Part shown: piece after piece, positions 36,701-51,700 of the stretch
Position numbering within the stretch: position 1 is the first letter of the stretch
Layout: the number at the start of each line of letters is the position of its first letter
Origin: Balanoglossus misakiensis
Lineage: Eukaryota > Animalia > Hemichordata
NCBI GenBank assembly: GCA_040954595.2
Contig: CM082579.2
Coordinates: 14,075,834 to 14,139,833 of the forward strand
DNA: 64,000 nt
Direction of reading: 5' to 3'
Notes under the pieces: model-generated
The model's input: the letters and a program-made list of their open reading frames with translations, nothing else
Database searches by the model: none
Told to the model about the DNA's origin: nothing
Translations under genes and position numbers: made by a program

Positions 36701-39700
36701 TGAACGAACCCATGGTTTTTTTCAAAAATCGACGAAATTTTGAGATTTTGCAAAGTCGAAAATTTGTCATTTTTTGATGATTTTCACCCATGATTTTTTT
36801 CAAAAATCGACGAAATTTGAGATTTTGCAAAGTCGAAAATTTGTCATTTTTTGATGATTTTCACCCATGATTTTTTTCAAAAATCGACGAAATTTTGAGA
36901 TTTTGCAAATTCGAAAATTTGTAATTTTTTGATGATTTTCACCCATGTTTTTTTTCAAAAATCAACGAACCCATGATTTTTTTTCAAAAATCGACCAAAT
37001 TTTGGGATTTTGCAAAGACGAAAATTTGTCATTTTTTGATGATTTTCACCCATGATTTTTCTCAAAAATCGACGAAATTTTGAGATTTTGCAAAGTCGAA
37101 AATTTGTCATTTTTTGATGATTTTCACCCATGATTTTTTTCAAAAATCGACAAAATTTTGAGATTTTGCAAAGTCGAAAATTTGTCATTTTTTGATTATT
37201 TTCACCCGTGATTTTTTTCAAAAATCGACAAAATTTTTAGATTTTGCAAAGTCGAAAATTTGTCATTTTTTGATGATTTTCACCATGATTTTTTTTTTAA
37301 AAATCGACGAAATTTTTGAGATTTTGCAAAGTCGAAAATTTGTCATTTTTTGATGATTTTCACCCATGATTTTTTTCAAAAATCGACGAAATTTGAGATT
37401 TTTCAAAGTCGAAAATTTGTCATTTTTTGATGATTTTCACCCATGATTTTTTTCAAAAATCGACGAAATTTTGAGATTTTGCAAATTCGAAAATTTGTAA
37501 TTTTTTGATGATTTTCACCCATGTTTTTTTTCAAAAATCAACGAACCCATGATTTTTTTTCAAAAATCGACCAAATTTTGGGATTTTGCAAAGACGAAAA
37601 TTTGTCATTTTTTGATGATTTTCACCCATGATTTTTCTCAAAAATCGACGAAATTTTGAGATTTTGCAAAGTCGAAAATTTGTCATTTTTTGATGATTTT
37701 CACCCATGATTTTTTTCAAAAATCGACGAAATTTGAGATTTTGCAAATTCGAAAATTTGTAATTTTTTGTTGATTTTCACCTTTTTTTTTTTAAAATCAA
37801 CGAACCCATGATTTTTTTTCAAAAATCGACAAAATTTTGAGATTTTGCATAGCCGAAAATTTGTCATTTTTTGATGATTTTCACCCATGATTTTTCTCAA
37901 TAATCGACGAAATTTTGAGATTTTGCAAAGTCGAAAATTTGTCATTTTTTGATGATTTTCACCCATGTTTTTTTTCAAAATTGAACGAACCCATGGTTTT
38001 TTTCAAAAATCGACGAAATTTTGAGATTTTGCAAAGTAGAAAATTTGTCATTTTTTGATGATTTTCACCCATGACTTTTTTCAAAAATCGACGAAATTTT
38101 GAGATTTTTCAAAGTCGAAAATTTGTCATTTTTTGATGATTTTCACCCATGATTTTTTTTTCAAAAACCGACAAAATTTTGAGATTTTGCAAAGTCGAAA
38201 ATTTGTCATTTTTTGATTATTTTCACCCATGATTTTTTTCAAAAATCGACAAAATTTTTAGATTTTGCAAAGTCGAAAATTTGTCATTTTTTGATGATTT
38301 TCACCATGATTTTTTTTAAAAAATCGACGAAATTTTTGAGATTTTGCAAAGTCGAAAATTTGTCATTTTTTGATGATTTTCACCTATGATTTTTTTCAAA
38401 AATCGACGAAATTTGAGATATTGCAAAGTCGAAAATTTGTCATTTTTTGATGATTTTTACCCATGATTTTTTTTTTCAAAAATCGACCAAATTTTGGGAT
38501 TTTGCAAAGACGAAAATTTGTCATTTTTTGATGATTTTCACCCATGATTTTTCTCAAAAATCGACGAAATTTAGAGATTTTGCAAGGTCGAAAATTTGTC
38601 ATTTTTTGATGATTTTCACCCATGATTTTTTTCAAAAATCGACGAAATTTTGAGATTTTGCAAAGTCGAAAATTTGTCATTTTTTGATGATTTTTACCCA
38701 TGATTTTTTTTTTCAAAAATCGACTAAATTTTGGGATTTTGCAAATTCGAAAATTTGTAATTTTTTGATGATTTTCACCCATGATTTTTCTCAAAAATCG
38801 ACGAAATTTTGAGATTTTGCAAAGTCGAAAATTTGTCATTTTTTGATGATTTTCACCCATGATTTTTTTCAAAAATCGACGAAATTTGAGATTTTGGAAA
38901 TTCGAAAATTTGTAATTTTTTGTTGATTTTCACCCTTTTTTTTCAAAAATCAACGAACCCATGATTTTTTTTCAAAAATCGACAAAATTTTGAGATTTTT
39001 CAAAGCCGAAAATTTGTCATTTTTTGATGATTTTCACCCATGATTTTTCTCAAAAATCGACGAAATTTTGAGATTTTGCAAAGTCGAAAATTTTTCATTT
39101 TTTGATAATTTTCACTCATGATTTTTTTCAAAAATCTACGAAATTTTGAGATTTTGCAAAGTCGAAAATTTGTCATTTTTTGATGATTTTCACCCATGAT
39201 TTTTTTGAAAAAATCTGCGAAATTTTGAGATTTTGCAAAGTCGAAAATTTGTCATTTATTAATGATTTTCACCCATGATTTTTTTCAAAAATCGACGAAA
39301 TTTGAGATTTTGCAAATTCGAAAATTTCTAATTTTTTGATGATTTTCACCCTTGATTTTTTTTTTCAAAAATCGACAAAATTTTGAGATTTTGCAAAGTC
39401 GAAAATGTGTCATTTTTTGATGATTTTCACCCAAGATTTTTTTCAAAAATCGACGAAATTTGAGATTTTGAAAAGTCGAAAATTTGTCATTTTTTGATGA
39501 TTTTTACCCATGATTTTTTTTTTCAAAAATCGACCAAATTTTGAGATTTTGCAAAGCCGAAAATTTGTCATTTTTTGATGATTTTCACCCATGATTTTTC
39601 TCAAAAATCGACGAAATTTTGAGATTTTGCAAAGTCGAAAATTTTTCATTTTTTGATGATTTTCACCCATGATTTTTCTCAAAAATCGACGAAATTTTGA

Positions 39701-42700
39701 GATTTTGCAAAGTCGAAAATTTGTCATTTTTTGATGATTTTCACCCATGTTTTTTTTCAAAATTGAACGAACCCATGATTTTTTTCAAAAATCGACGAAA
39801 TTTTGAGATTTTGCAAAGTAGAAAATTTGTCATTTTTTGATGATTTTCACCCATGATTTTTCTCAAAAATCGACGAAATTTTGAGATTTTGCAAAGTCGA
39901 AAATTTGTCATTTTTTGATGATTTTCACCCATGATTTTTTTCAAAAATCGACAAAATTTTGAGATTTTGCAAAGTCGAAAATTTGTCATTTTTTGATTAT
40001 TTTCACCCGTGATTTTTTTCAAAAATCGACAAAATTTTTAGATTTTGCAAAGTCGAAAATTTGTCATTTTTTGATGATTTTCACCATGATTTTTTTTTAA
40101 AAAATCGACGAAATTTTTGAGATTTTGCAAAGTCGAAAATTTGTCATTTTTTGATGATTTTCACCTATGATTTTTTTCAAAAATCGACGAAATTTGAGAT
40201 ATTGCAAAGTCGAAAATTTGTCATTTTTTGATGATTTTCACTCATGATTTTTTTCAAAAATCGACGAAATTTTGAGATTTTGCAAATTCGAAAATTTGTA
40301 ATTTTTTGATGATTTTCACCCATGTTTTTTTTCAAAAATCGACGAAATTTTGAGATTTTGCAAATTCGAAAATTTGTAATTTTTTGATGATTTTCACCCA
40401 TGTTTTTTTTCAAAAATCAACGAACCCATGATTTTTTTTCAAAAATCGACCAAATTTTGGGATTTTGCAAAGACGAAAATTTGTCATTTTTTGATGATTT
40501 TCACCCATGATTTTTCTCAAAAATCGACGAAATTTTGAGATTTTGCAAAGTCGAAAATTTGTCATTTTTTGATGATTTTCACCCATAATTTTTTTCAAAA
40601 ATCGACGAAATTTGAGATTTTGCAAATTCGAAAATTTGTAATTTTTTGTTGATTTTCACCCTTTTTTTTTAAAATCACGAACCCATGATTTTTTTTCAAA
40701 AATCGACAAAATTTTGAGATTTTGCATAGCCGAAAATTTGTCATTTTTTGATGATTTTCACCCATGATTTTTCTCAATAATCGACGAAATTTTGAGATTT
40801 TGCAAAGTCGAAAATTTGTCATTTTTTGATGATTTTCACCCATGTTTTTTTTTCAAAATTGAACGAACCCATGATTTTTTTCAAAAATCGACGAAATTTT
40901 GAGATTTTGCAAAGTAGAAAATTTGTCATTTTTTGATGATTTTCACCCATGATTTTTTTCAAAAATCGACGAAATTTTGAGATTTTTCAAAGTCGAAAAT
41001 TTGTCATTTTTTGATGATTTTCACCCATGATTTTTTTTTCAAAAACCGACAAAATTTTGAGATTTTGCAAAGTCGAAATTTGTCATTTTTTGATTATTTT
41101 CACCCATGATTTTTTTCAAAAATCGACAAAATTTTTAGATTTTGCAAAGTCGAAAATTTGTCATTTTTTGATGATTTTCACCATGATTTTTTTTTAAAAA
41201 ATCGACGAAATTTTTGAGATTTTGCAAAGTCGAAAATTTGTCATTTTTTGATGATTTTCACCCATGATTTTTTTCAAAAATCGACGAAATTTGAGATTTT
41301 GCAAAGTCGAAAATTTGTCATTTTTTGATGATTTTCACCCATGATTTTTTTCAAAAATCGACGAAATTTTGAGATTTTGCAAATTCGAAAATTTGTAATT
41401 TTTTGATGATTTTCACCCATGTTTTTTTTCAAAAATCAACGAACCCATGATTTTTTTTCAAAAATCGACCAAATTTTGGGATTTTGCAAAGACGAAAATT
41501 TGTCATTTTTTGATGATTTTCACCCATGATTTTTCTCAAAAATCGACGAAATTTTGATATTTTGCAAAGTCGAAAATTTGTCATTTTTTGATGATTTTCA
41601 CCCATGATTTTTTTCAAAAATCGACGAAATTTGAGATTTTGCAAATTCGAAAATTTGTAATTTTTTGTTGATTTTCACCCTTTTTTTTTTAAAATCAACG
41701 AACCCATGATTTTTTTTCAAAAATCGACAAAATTTTGAGATTTTGCATAGCCGAAAATTTGTCATTTTTTGATGATTTTCACCCATGATTTTTCTCAATA
41801 ATCGACGAAATTTTGAGATTTTGCAAAGTCGAAAATTTGTCATTTTTTGATGATTTTCACCCATGTTTTTTTTCAAAATTGAACGAACCCATGATTTTTT
41901 TCAAAAATCGACGAAATTTTGAGATTTTGCAAAGTAGAAAATTTGTCATTTTTTGATGATTTTCACCCATGATTTTTTTCAAAAATCGACGAAATTTTGA
42001 GATTTTGCAAAGTCGAAAATTTGTCATTTTTTGATGATATTCACCCATGATTTTTTTTCAAAAACCGACAAAATTTTGAGATTTTGCAAAGTCGAAAATT
42101 TGTCATTTTTTGATTATTTTCACCCATGATTTTTTTCAAAAATCGACAAAATTTTTAGATTTTGCAAAGTCGAAAATTTGTCATTTTTTGATGATTTTCA
42201 CCATGATTTTTTTTTAAAAAATCGACGAAATTTTTGAGATTTTGCAAAGTCGAAAATTTGTCATTTTTTGATGATTTTCACCCATGATTTTTTTCAAAAA
42301 TCGACGAAATTATGAGATTTTGCAAAGTCGAAAATTTGTCATTTTTTGATGATTTTCACCCATGATTTTTTTCAAAAATCCACGAAATTTGAGATTTTGC
42401 AAAGTCAAAAATTTGTCATTTTTTGATGATTTTCACCCATGATTTTTTTCAAAAATCGACGAAATTTTGAGATTTTGCAAAGTCGAAAATTTGTCATTTT
42501 TTGATGATTTTCACCCTTTTTTTTCAAAAATCAACGAACCCATGATTTTTTTTCAAAAATCGACAAAATTTTGAGATTTTGCAAAGTCGAAAATTTGTAA
42601 TTTTTTGATGATTTTCACCCATGATTTTTTTCAAAAGTCGACGAAATTTTGAGATTTTGCAAAGACAAAAATTTGTAATTTTTTGATGATTTTCACCAAT

Positions 42701-45700
42701 GTTTTTTTTTAAAAATCAACGAACCCATGATTTTTTTCAAAAATCGACGAAATTTGAGATTTTGCAAATTCGAAAATTTGTAATTTTTTAATGATTTTCA
42801 CCCTTTTTTTTCAAAAATCAACGAACCCATGATTTTTTTTCAAAAATCGACAAAATTTTGAGATTTTGCAAAGCCGAAAATTTGTCATTTTTTGATGATT
42901 TTCACCCATGATTTTTTTCAAAAATCGACGAAATTTTGAGATTTTGCAAAGTCGAAAATTTGTCATTTTTTGATGATTTTCACCCATGATTTTTTTCAAA
43001 AATCGACGAAATTTGAGATTTTGCAAAGTCGAAAATTTGTCATTTTTTGATGATTTTCACCCATGATTTTTTTCAAAAATCGACGAAATTTTGAGATTTT
43101 GCAAAGTCGAAAATTTGTCATTTTTTGATGATTTTCACCCATGATTTTTTTTCAAAAATCTGCGAAATTTTGAGATTTTGCAAAGTCGAAAATTTGTCAT
43201 TTTTTGATGATTTTCACCCATGATTTTTTTCAAAAATCGACGAAATTTTGAGATTTTGCAAAGTCGAAAATTTGTCATTTTTTGATGATTTTCACCCTTT
43301 TTTTTCAAAAATCAACGAACCCATGATTTTTTTTCAAAAATCGACAAAATTTTGAGATTTTGCAAAGTCGAAAATTTGTAATTTTTTGATGATTTTCACC
43401 CATGATTTTTTTCAAAAGTCGACGAAATTTTGAGATTTTGCAAAGACAAAAATTTGTAATTTTTTGATGATTTTCACCAATGTTTTTTTTTAAAAATCAA
43501 CGAACCCATGATTTTTTTCAAAAATCGACGAAATTTGAGATTTTGCAAATTCGAAAATTTGTAATTTTTTAATGATTTTCACCCTTTTTTTTCAAAAATC
43601 AACGAACCCATGATTTTTTTTCAAAAATCGACAAAATTTTGAGATTTTGCAAAGCCGAAAATTTGTCATTTTTTGATGATTTTCACCCATGATTTTTTTC
43701 AAAAATCGACGAAATTTTGAGATTTTGCAAAGTCGAAAATTTGTCATTTTTTGATGATTTTCACCCATGATTTTTTTCAAAAATCGACGAAATTTGAGAT
43801 TTTGCAAAGTCGAAAATTTGTCATTTTTTGATGATTTTCACCCATGATTTTTTTCAAAAATCGACGAAATTTTGAGATTTTGCAAAGTCGAAAATTTGTC
43901 ATTTTTTGATGATTTTCACCCATGATTTTTTTTCAAAAATCTGCGAAATTTGAGATTTTGCAAAGTCGAAAATTTGTCATTTTTTGATGATTTTCACCCA
44001 TGATTTTTTTCAAAAATCGACGAAATTTTGAGATTTTGCAAAGTCGAAAATTTGTCATTTTTTGAAGATTTTCACCCATGATTTTTTTTCAAAAATCTGC
44101 GAAATTTTGAGATTTTGCAAAGTCGAAAATTTGTCATTTTTTGATGATTTTCACCCATGATTTTTTTTCAAAAAATCGACGAAATTTTGAGATTTTGCAA
44201 AGTCGAAAATTTGTCATTTTTTGATTATTTTCACCCATGATTTTTTTTTTCAAAAATCGACAAAATTTTGAGATTTTGCAAAGTCGAAAATGTGTCATTT
44301 TTTGATGATTTTCACCCATGATTTTTTTCAAAAATCGACGAAATTTGAGATTTTGCAAAGTCGAAAATTTTTCATTTTTTGATGATTTTCACCCATGATT
44401 TTTCTCAAAAATTGACGAAATTTTGAGATTTTGCAAAGTCGAAAATTTGTCATTTTTTGATGATTTTCACCCATGTTTTTTTCAAAATTGAACGAACCCA
44501 TGATTTTTTTCAAAAATCGACAAAATTTTGAGATTTTGCAAAGACGAAAATTTGTCATTTTTTGATGATTTTCACCCATGATTTTTTTCAAAAGTCGACG
44601 AAATTTTGAGATTTTGCAAAGACAAAAATTTTTCATTTTTTGATGATTTTCACCCGTGATTTTTTTCAAAAATCGACAAACTTTTGGGATTTTGCAAAGT
44701 CGAAAATTTGACATTTTTTGATGATTTTCACCCATGTTTTTTTTCAAAAATCAACGAACCTATGATTTTTTTTCAAAAATCGACAAAATTTTGAGATTTT
44801 GCAAAGCCGAAAATTTGTCATTTTTTGATGATTTTCACCCGTGATTTTTTTCAAAAATCGACAAACTTTTGGGATTTTGCAAAGTCGAAAATTTGACATT
44901 TTTTGATGATTTTCACCCATGTTTTTTTTCAAAAATCAACGAACCTATGATTTTTTTTCAAAAATCGACAAAATTTTGAGATTTTGCAAAGCCGAAAATT
45001 TGTCATTTTTTGATGATTTTCACCCATGATTTTTTTCAAAAATCGACGAAATTTGAGATTTTGCAAAGTCGAAAATTTTTCATTTTTTGATGATTTTCAC
45101 CCATGATTTTTCTCAAAAATTGACGAAATTTTGAGATTTTGCAAAGTCGAAAATTTGTCATTTTTTGATGATTTTCACCCATGTTTTTTTCAAAATTGAA
45201 CGAACCCATGATTTTTTTCAAAAATCGACAAAATTTTGAGATTTTGCAAAGACGAAAATTTGTCATTTTTTGATGATTTTCACCCATGATTTTTTTCAAA
45301 AGTCGACGAAATTTTGAGATTTTGCAAAGACAAAAATTTTTCATTTTTTGATGATTTTCACCCGTGATTTTTTTCAAAAATCGACAAACTTTTGGGATTT
45401 TGCAAAGTCGAAAATTTGACATTTTTTGATGATTTTCACCCATGTTTTTTTTCAAAAATCAACGAACCTATGATTTTTTTTCAAAAATCGACAAAATTTT
45501 GAGATTTTGCAAAGCCGAAAATTTGTCATTTTTTGATGATTTTCACCCATGATTTTTTTCAAAAATCGACGAAATTTTGAGATTTTGCAAAGTCGAAAAT
45601 TTGTCATTTTTTGATGATTTTCACCCATGATTTTTTTCAAAAATCGACGAAATTTTGAGATTTTGCAAAGTCGAAAATTTGTCATTTTTTGATGATTTTC

Positions 45701-48700
45701 ACCCATGATTTTTTTCAAAAATCGACGAAATTTGAGATTTTGCAAAGTCAAAAATTTGTCATTTTTTGATGATTTTCACCCATGATTTTTTTCAAAAATC
45801 GACGAAATTTTGAGATTTTGCAAAGTCGAAAATTTGTCATTTTTTGATGATTTTCACCCATGATTTTTTTTTCAAAAACCGACAAAATTTTGAGATTTTG
45901 CAAAGTCGAAAATTTGTCATTTTTTGATTATTTTCACCCATGATTTTTTTCAAAAGTCGACGAAATTTTGAGATTTTGCAAAGACAAAAATTTGTAATTT
46001 TTTGATGATTTTCACCAATGTTTTTTTTTAAAAATCAACGAACCCATGATTTTTTTCAAAAATCGACGAAATTTGAGATTTTGCAAATTCGAAAATTTGT
46101 AATTTTTTAATGATTTTCACCCTTTTTTTTCAAAAATTCAACGAACCCATGATTTTTTTTCAAAAATCGACAAAATTTTGAGATTTGCAAAGCCGAAAAT
46201 TTGTCATTTTTTGATGATTTTCACCCATGATTTTTTTCAAAAATCGACGAAATTTTGAGATTTTGCAAAGTCGAAAATTTGTCATTTTTTGATGATTTTC
46301 ACCCATGATTTTTTTCAAAAATCGACGAAATTTGAGATTTTGCAAAGTCGAAAATTTGTCATTTTTTGATTATTTTCACCCATGATTTTTTTCAAAAATC
46401 GACGAAATTTTGAGATTTTGCAAAGTCGAAAATTTGTCATTTTTTGATGATTTTCACCCATGATTTTTTTTCAAAAATCTGCGAAATTTTGAGATTTTGC
46501 AAAGTCGAAAATTTGTCATTTTTTGATGATTTTCACCCATGATTTTTTTTCAAAAAATCGACGAAATTTTGAGATTTTGCAAAGTCGAAAATTTGTCATT
46601 TTTTGATTATTTTCACCCATGATTTTTTTTTTCAAAAATCGACAAAATTTTGAGATTTTGCAAAGTCGAAAATGTGTCATTTTTTGATGATTTTCACCCA
46701 TGATTTTTTTCAAAAATCGACGAAATTTGAGATTTTGCAAAGTCGAAAATTTTTCATTTTTTGATGATTTTCACCCATGATTTTTCTCAAAAATTGACGA
46801 AATTTTGAGATTTTGCAAAGTCGAAAATTTGTCATTTTTTGATGATTTTCACCCATGTTTTTTTCAAAATTGAACGAACCCATGATTTTTTTCAAAAATC
46901 GACAAAATTTTGAGATTTTGCAAAGACGAAAATTTGTCATTTTTTGATGATTTTCACCCATGATTTTTTTCAAAAGTCGACGAAATTTTGAGATTTTGCA
47001 AAGACAAAAATTTTTCATTTTTTGATGATTTTCACCCGTGATTTTTTTCAAAAATCGACAAACTTTTGGGATTTTGCAAAGTCGAAAATTTGACATTTTT
47101 TGATGATTTTCACCCATGTTTTTTTTCAAAAATCAACGAACCTATGATTTTTTTTCAAAAATCGACAAAATTTTGAGATTTTGCAAAGCCGAAAATTTGT
47201 CATTTTTTGATGATTTTCACCCATGATTTTTTTCAAAAATCGACGAAATTTTGAGATTTTGCAAAGTCGAAAATTTGTCATTTTTTGATGATTTTCACCC
47301 ATGATTTTTTTCAAAAATCGACGAAATTTTGAGATTTTGCAAAGTCGAAAATTTGTCATTTTTTGATGATTTTCACCATGATTTTTTTTTTTAAAAATCG
47401 ACGAAATTTTGAGATTTTGCAAAGTCGAAAATTTGTCATTTTTTGATGATTTTCACCCATGATTTTTTTCAAAAATCGACGAAATTTGAGATTTTGCAAA
47501 GTCAAAAATTTGTCATTTTTTGATGATTTTCACCCATGATTTTTTTCAAAAATCGACGAAATTTTGAGATTTTGCAAAGTCGAAAATTTGTCATTTTTTG
47601 ATTATTTTCACCCATGATTTTTTTCAAAAGTCGACGAAATTTTGAGATTTTGCAAAGACAAAAATTTGTAATTTTTTGATGATTTTCACCAATGTTTTTT
47701 TTTAAAAATCAACGAACCCATGATTTTTTTCAAAAATCGACGAAATTTGAGATTTTGCAAATTCGAAAATTTGTAATTTTTTAATGATTTTCACCCTTTT
47801 TTTTCAAAAATCAACGAACCCATGATTTTTTTTCAAAAATCGACAAAATTTTGAGATTTTGCAAAGCCGAAAATTTGTCATTTTTTGATGATTTTCACCC
47901 ATGATTTTTTTCAAAAATCGACGAAATTTTGAGATTTTGCAAAGTCGAAAATTTGTCATTTTTTGATGATTTTCACCCATGATTTTTTTCAAAAATCGAC
48001 GAAATTTGAGATTTTGCAAAGTCGAAAATTTGTCATTTTTTGATGATTTTCACCCATGATTTTTTTCAAAAATCGACGAAATTTTGAGATTTTGCAAAGT
48101 CGAAAATTTGTCATTTTTTGATGATTTTCACCCATGATTTTTTTTCAAAAATCTGCGAAATTTTGAGATTTTGCAAAGTCGAAAATTTGTCATTTTTTGA
48201 TGATTTTCACCCATGATTTTTTTTCAAAAAATCGACGAAATTTTGAGATTTTGCAAAGTCGAAAATTTGTCATTTTTTGATTATTTTCACCCATGATTTT
48301 TTTTTTCAAAAATCGACAAAATTTTGAGATTTTGCAAAGTCGAAAATGTGTCATTTTTTGATGATTTTCACCCATGATTTTTTTCAAAAATCGACGAAAT
48401 TTGAGATTTTGCAAAGTCGAAAATTTTTCGTTTTTTGATGATTTTCACCCATGATTTTTCTCAAAAATTGACGAAATTTTGAGATTTTGCAAAGTCGAAA
48501 ATGTGTCATTTTTTGATGATTTTCACCCATGTTTTTTTCAAAATTGAACGAACCCATGATTTTTTTCAAAAATCGACAAAATTTTGAGATTTTGCAAAGA
48601 CGAAAATTTGTCATTTTTTGATGATTTTCACCCATGATTTTTTTCAAAAGTCGACGAAATTTTGAGATTTTGCAAAGACAAAAATTTTTCATTTTTTGAT

Positions 48701-51700
48701 GATTTTCACCCGTGATTTTTTTCAAAAATCGACAAACTTTTGGGATTTTGCAAAGTCGAAAATTTGACATTTTTTGATGATTTTCACCCATGTTTTTTTT
48801 CAAAAATCAACGAACCTATGATTTTTTTTCAAAAATCGACGAAATTTGAGATTTTGCAAATTCGAAAATTTGTAATTTTTTAATGATTTTCACCCTTTTT
48901 TTTCAAAAATCAACGAACCCATGATTTTTTTTCAAAAATCGACAAAATTTTGAGATTTTGCAAAGCCGAAAATTTGTCATTTTTTGATGATTTTCACCCA
49001 TGATTTTTTTCAAAAATCGACGAAATTTTGAGATTTTGCAAAGTCGAAAATTTGTCATTTTTTGATGATTTTCACCCATGATTTTTTTCAAAAATCGACG
49101 AAATTTGAGATTTTGCAAAGTCGAAAATTTGTCATTTTTTGATGATTTTCACCCATGATTTTTTTCAAAAATCGACGAAATTTTGAGATTTTGCAAAGTC
49201 GAAAATTTGTCATTTTTTGATGATTTTCACCCATGATTTTTTTTCAAAAATCTGCGAAATTTTGAGATTTTGCAAAGTCGAAAATTTGTAATTTTTTGAT
49301 GATTTTCACCCATGATTTTTTTTCAAAAAATCGACGAAATTTTGAGATTTTGCAAAGTCGAAAATTTGTCATTTTTTGATTATTTTCACCCATGATTTTT
49401 TTTTTCAAAAATCGACAAAATTTTGAGATTTTGCAAAGTCGAAAATGTGTCATTTTTTGATGATTTTCACCCATGATTTTTTTCAAAAATCGACGAAATT
49501 TGAGATTTTGCAAAGTCGAAAATTTTTCATTTTTTGATGATTTTCACCCATGATTTTTCTCAAAAATTGACGAAATTTTGAGATTTTGCAAAGTCGAAAA
49601 TTTGTCATTTTTTGATGATTTTCACCCATGTTTTTTTCAAAATTGAACGAACCCATGATTTTTTTCAAAAATCGACAAAATTTTGAGATTTTGCAAAGAC
49701 GAAAATTTGTCATTTTTTGATGATTTTCACCCATGATTTTTTTCAAAAGTCGACGAAATTTTGAGATTTTGCAAAGACAAAAATTTTTCATTTTTTGATG
49801 ATTTTCACCCGTGATTTTTTTCAAAAATCGACAAACTTTTGGGATTTTGCAAAGTCGAAAATTTGACATTTTTTGATGATTTTCACCCATGTTTTTTTTC
49901 AAAAATCAACGAACCTATGATTTTTTTTCAAAAATCGACAAAATTTTGAGATTTTGCAAAGCCGAAAATTTGTCATTTTTTGATGATTTTCACCCATGAT
50001 TTTTTTCAAAAATCGACGAAATTTTGAGATTTTGCAAAGTCGAAAATTTGTCATTTTTTGATGATTTTCACCCATGATTTTTTTCAAAAATCGACGAAAT
50101 TTTGAGATTTTGCAAAGTCGAAAATTTGTCATTTTTTGATGATTTTCACCCATGATTTTTTTCAAAAATCGACGAAATTTGAGATTTTGCAAAGTCAAAA
50201 ATTTGTCATTTTTTGATGATTTTCACCCATGATTTTTTTCAAAAATCGACGAAATTTTGAGATTTTGCAAAGTCGAAAATTTGTCATTTTTTGATGATTT
50301 TCACCCATGATTTTTTTTTCAAAAACCGACAAAATTTTGAGATTTTGCAAAGTCGAAAATTTGTCATTTTTTGATTATTTTCACCCATGATTTTTCTCAA
50401 AAATTGACGAAATTTTGAGATTTTGCAAAGTCGAAAATTTGTCATTTTTTGATGATTTTCACCCATGTTTTTTTCAAAATTGAACGAACCCATGATTTTT
50501 TTCAAAAATCGACAAAATTTTGAGATTTTGCAAAGACGAAAATTTGTCATTTTTTGATGATTTTCACCCATGATTTTTTTCAAAAGTCGACGAAATTTTG
50601 AGATTTTGCAAAGACAAAAATTTTTCATTTTTTGATGATTTTCACCCGTGATTTTTTTCAAAAATCGACAAACTTTTGGGATTTTGCAAAGTCGAAAATT
50701 TGACATTTTTTGATGATTTTCACCCATGTTTTTTTTCAAAAATCAACGAACCTATGATTTTTTTTCAAAAATCGACGAAATTTGAGATTTTGCAAATTCG
50801 AAAATTTGTAATTTTTTAATGATTTTCACCCTTTTTTTTCAAAAATCAACGAACCCATGATTTTTTTTCAAAAATCGACAAAATTTTGAGATTTTGCAAA
50901 GCCGAAAATTTGTCATTTTTTGATGATTTTCACCCATGATTTTTTTCAAAAATCGACGAAATTTTGAGATTTTGCAAAGTCGAAAATTTGTCATTTTTTG
51001 ATGATTTTCACCCATGATTTTTTTCAAAAATCGACGAAATTTGAGATTTTGCAAAGTCGAAAATTTGTCATTTTTTGATGATTTTCACCCATGATTTTTT
51101 TCAAAAATCGACGAAATTTTGAGATTTTGCAAAGTCGAAAATTTGTCATTTTTTGATGATTTTCACCCATGATTTTTTTTCAAAAATCTGCGAAATTTTG
51201 AGATTTTGCAAAGTCGAAAATTTGTAATTTTTTGATGATTTTCACCCATGATTTTTTTTCAAAAAATCGACGAAATTTTGAGATTTTGCAAAGTCGAAAA
51301 TTTGTCATTTTTTGATTATTTTCACCCATGATTTTTTTTTTCAAAAATCGACAAAATTTTGAGATTTTGCAAAGTCGAAAATGTGTCATTTTTTGATGAT
51401 TTTCACCCATGATTTTTTTCAAAAATCGACGAAATTTGAGATTTTGCAAAGTCGAAAATTTTTCATTTTTTGATGATTTTCACCCATGATTTTTCTCAAA
51501 AATTGACGAAATTTTGAGATTTTGCAAAGTCGAAAATTTGTCATTTTTTGATGATTTTCACCCATGTTTTTTTCAAAATTGAACGAACCCATGATTTTTT
51601 TCAAAAATCGACAAAATTTTGAGATTTTGCAAAGACGAAAATTTGTCATTTTTTGATGATTTTCACCCATGATTTTTTTCAAAAGTCGACGAAATTTTGA

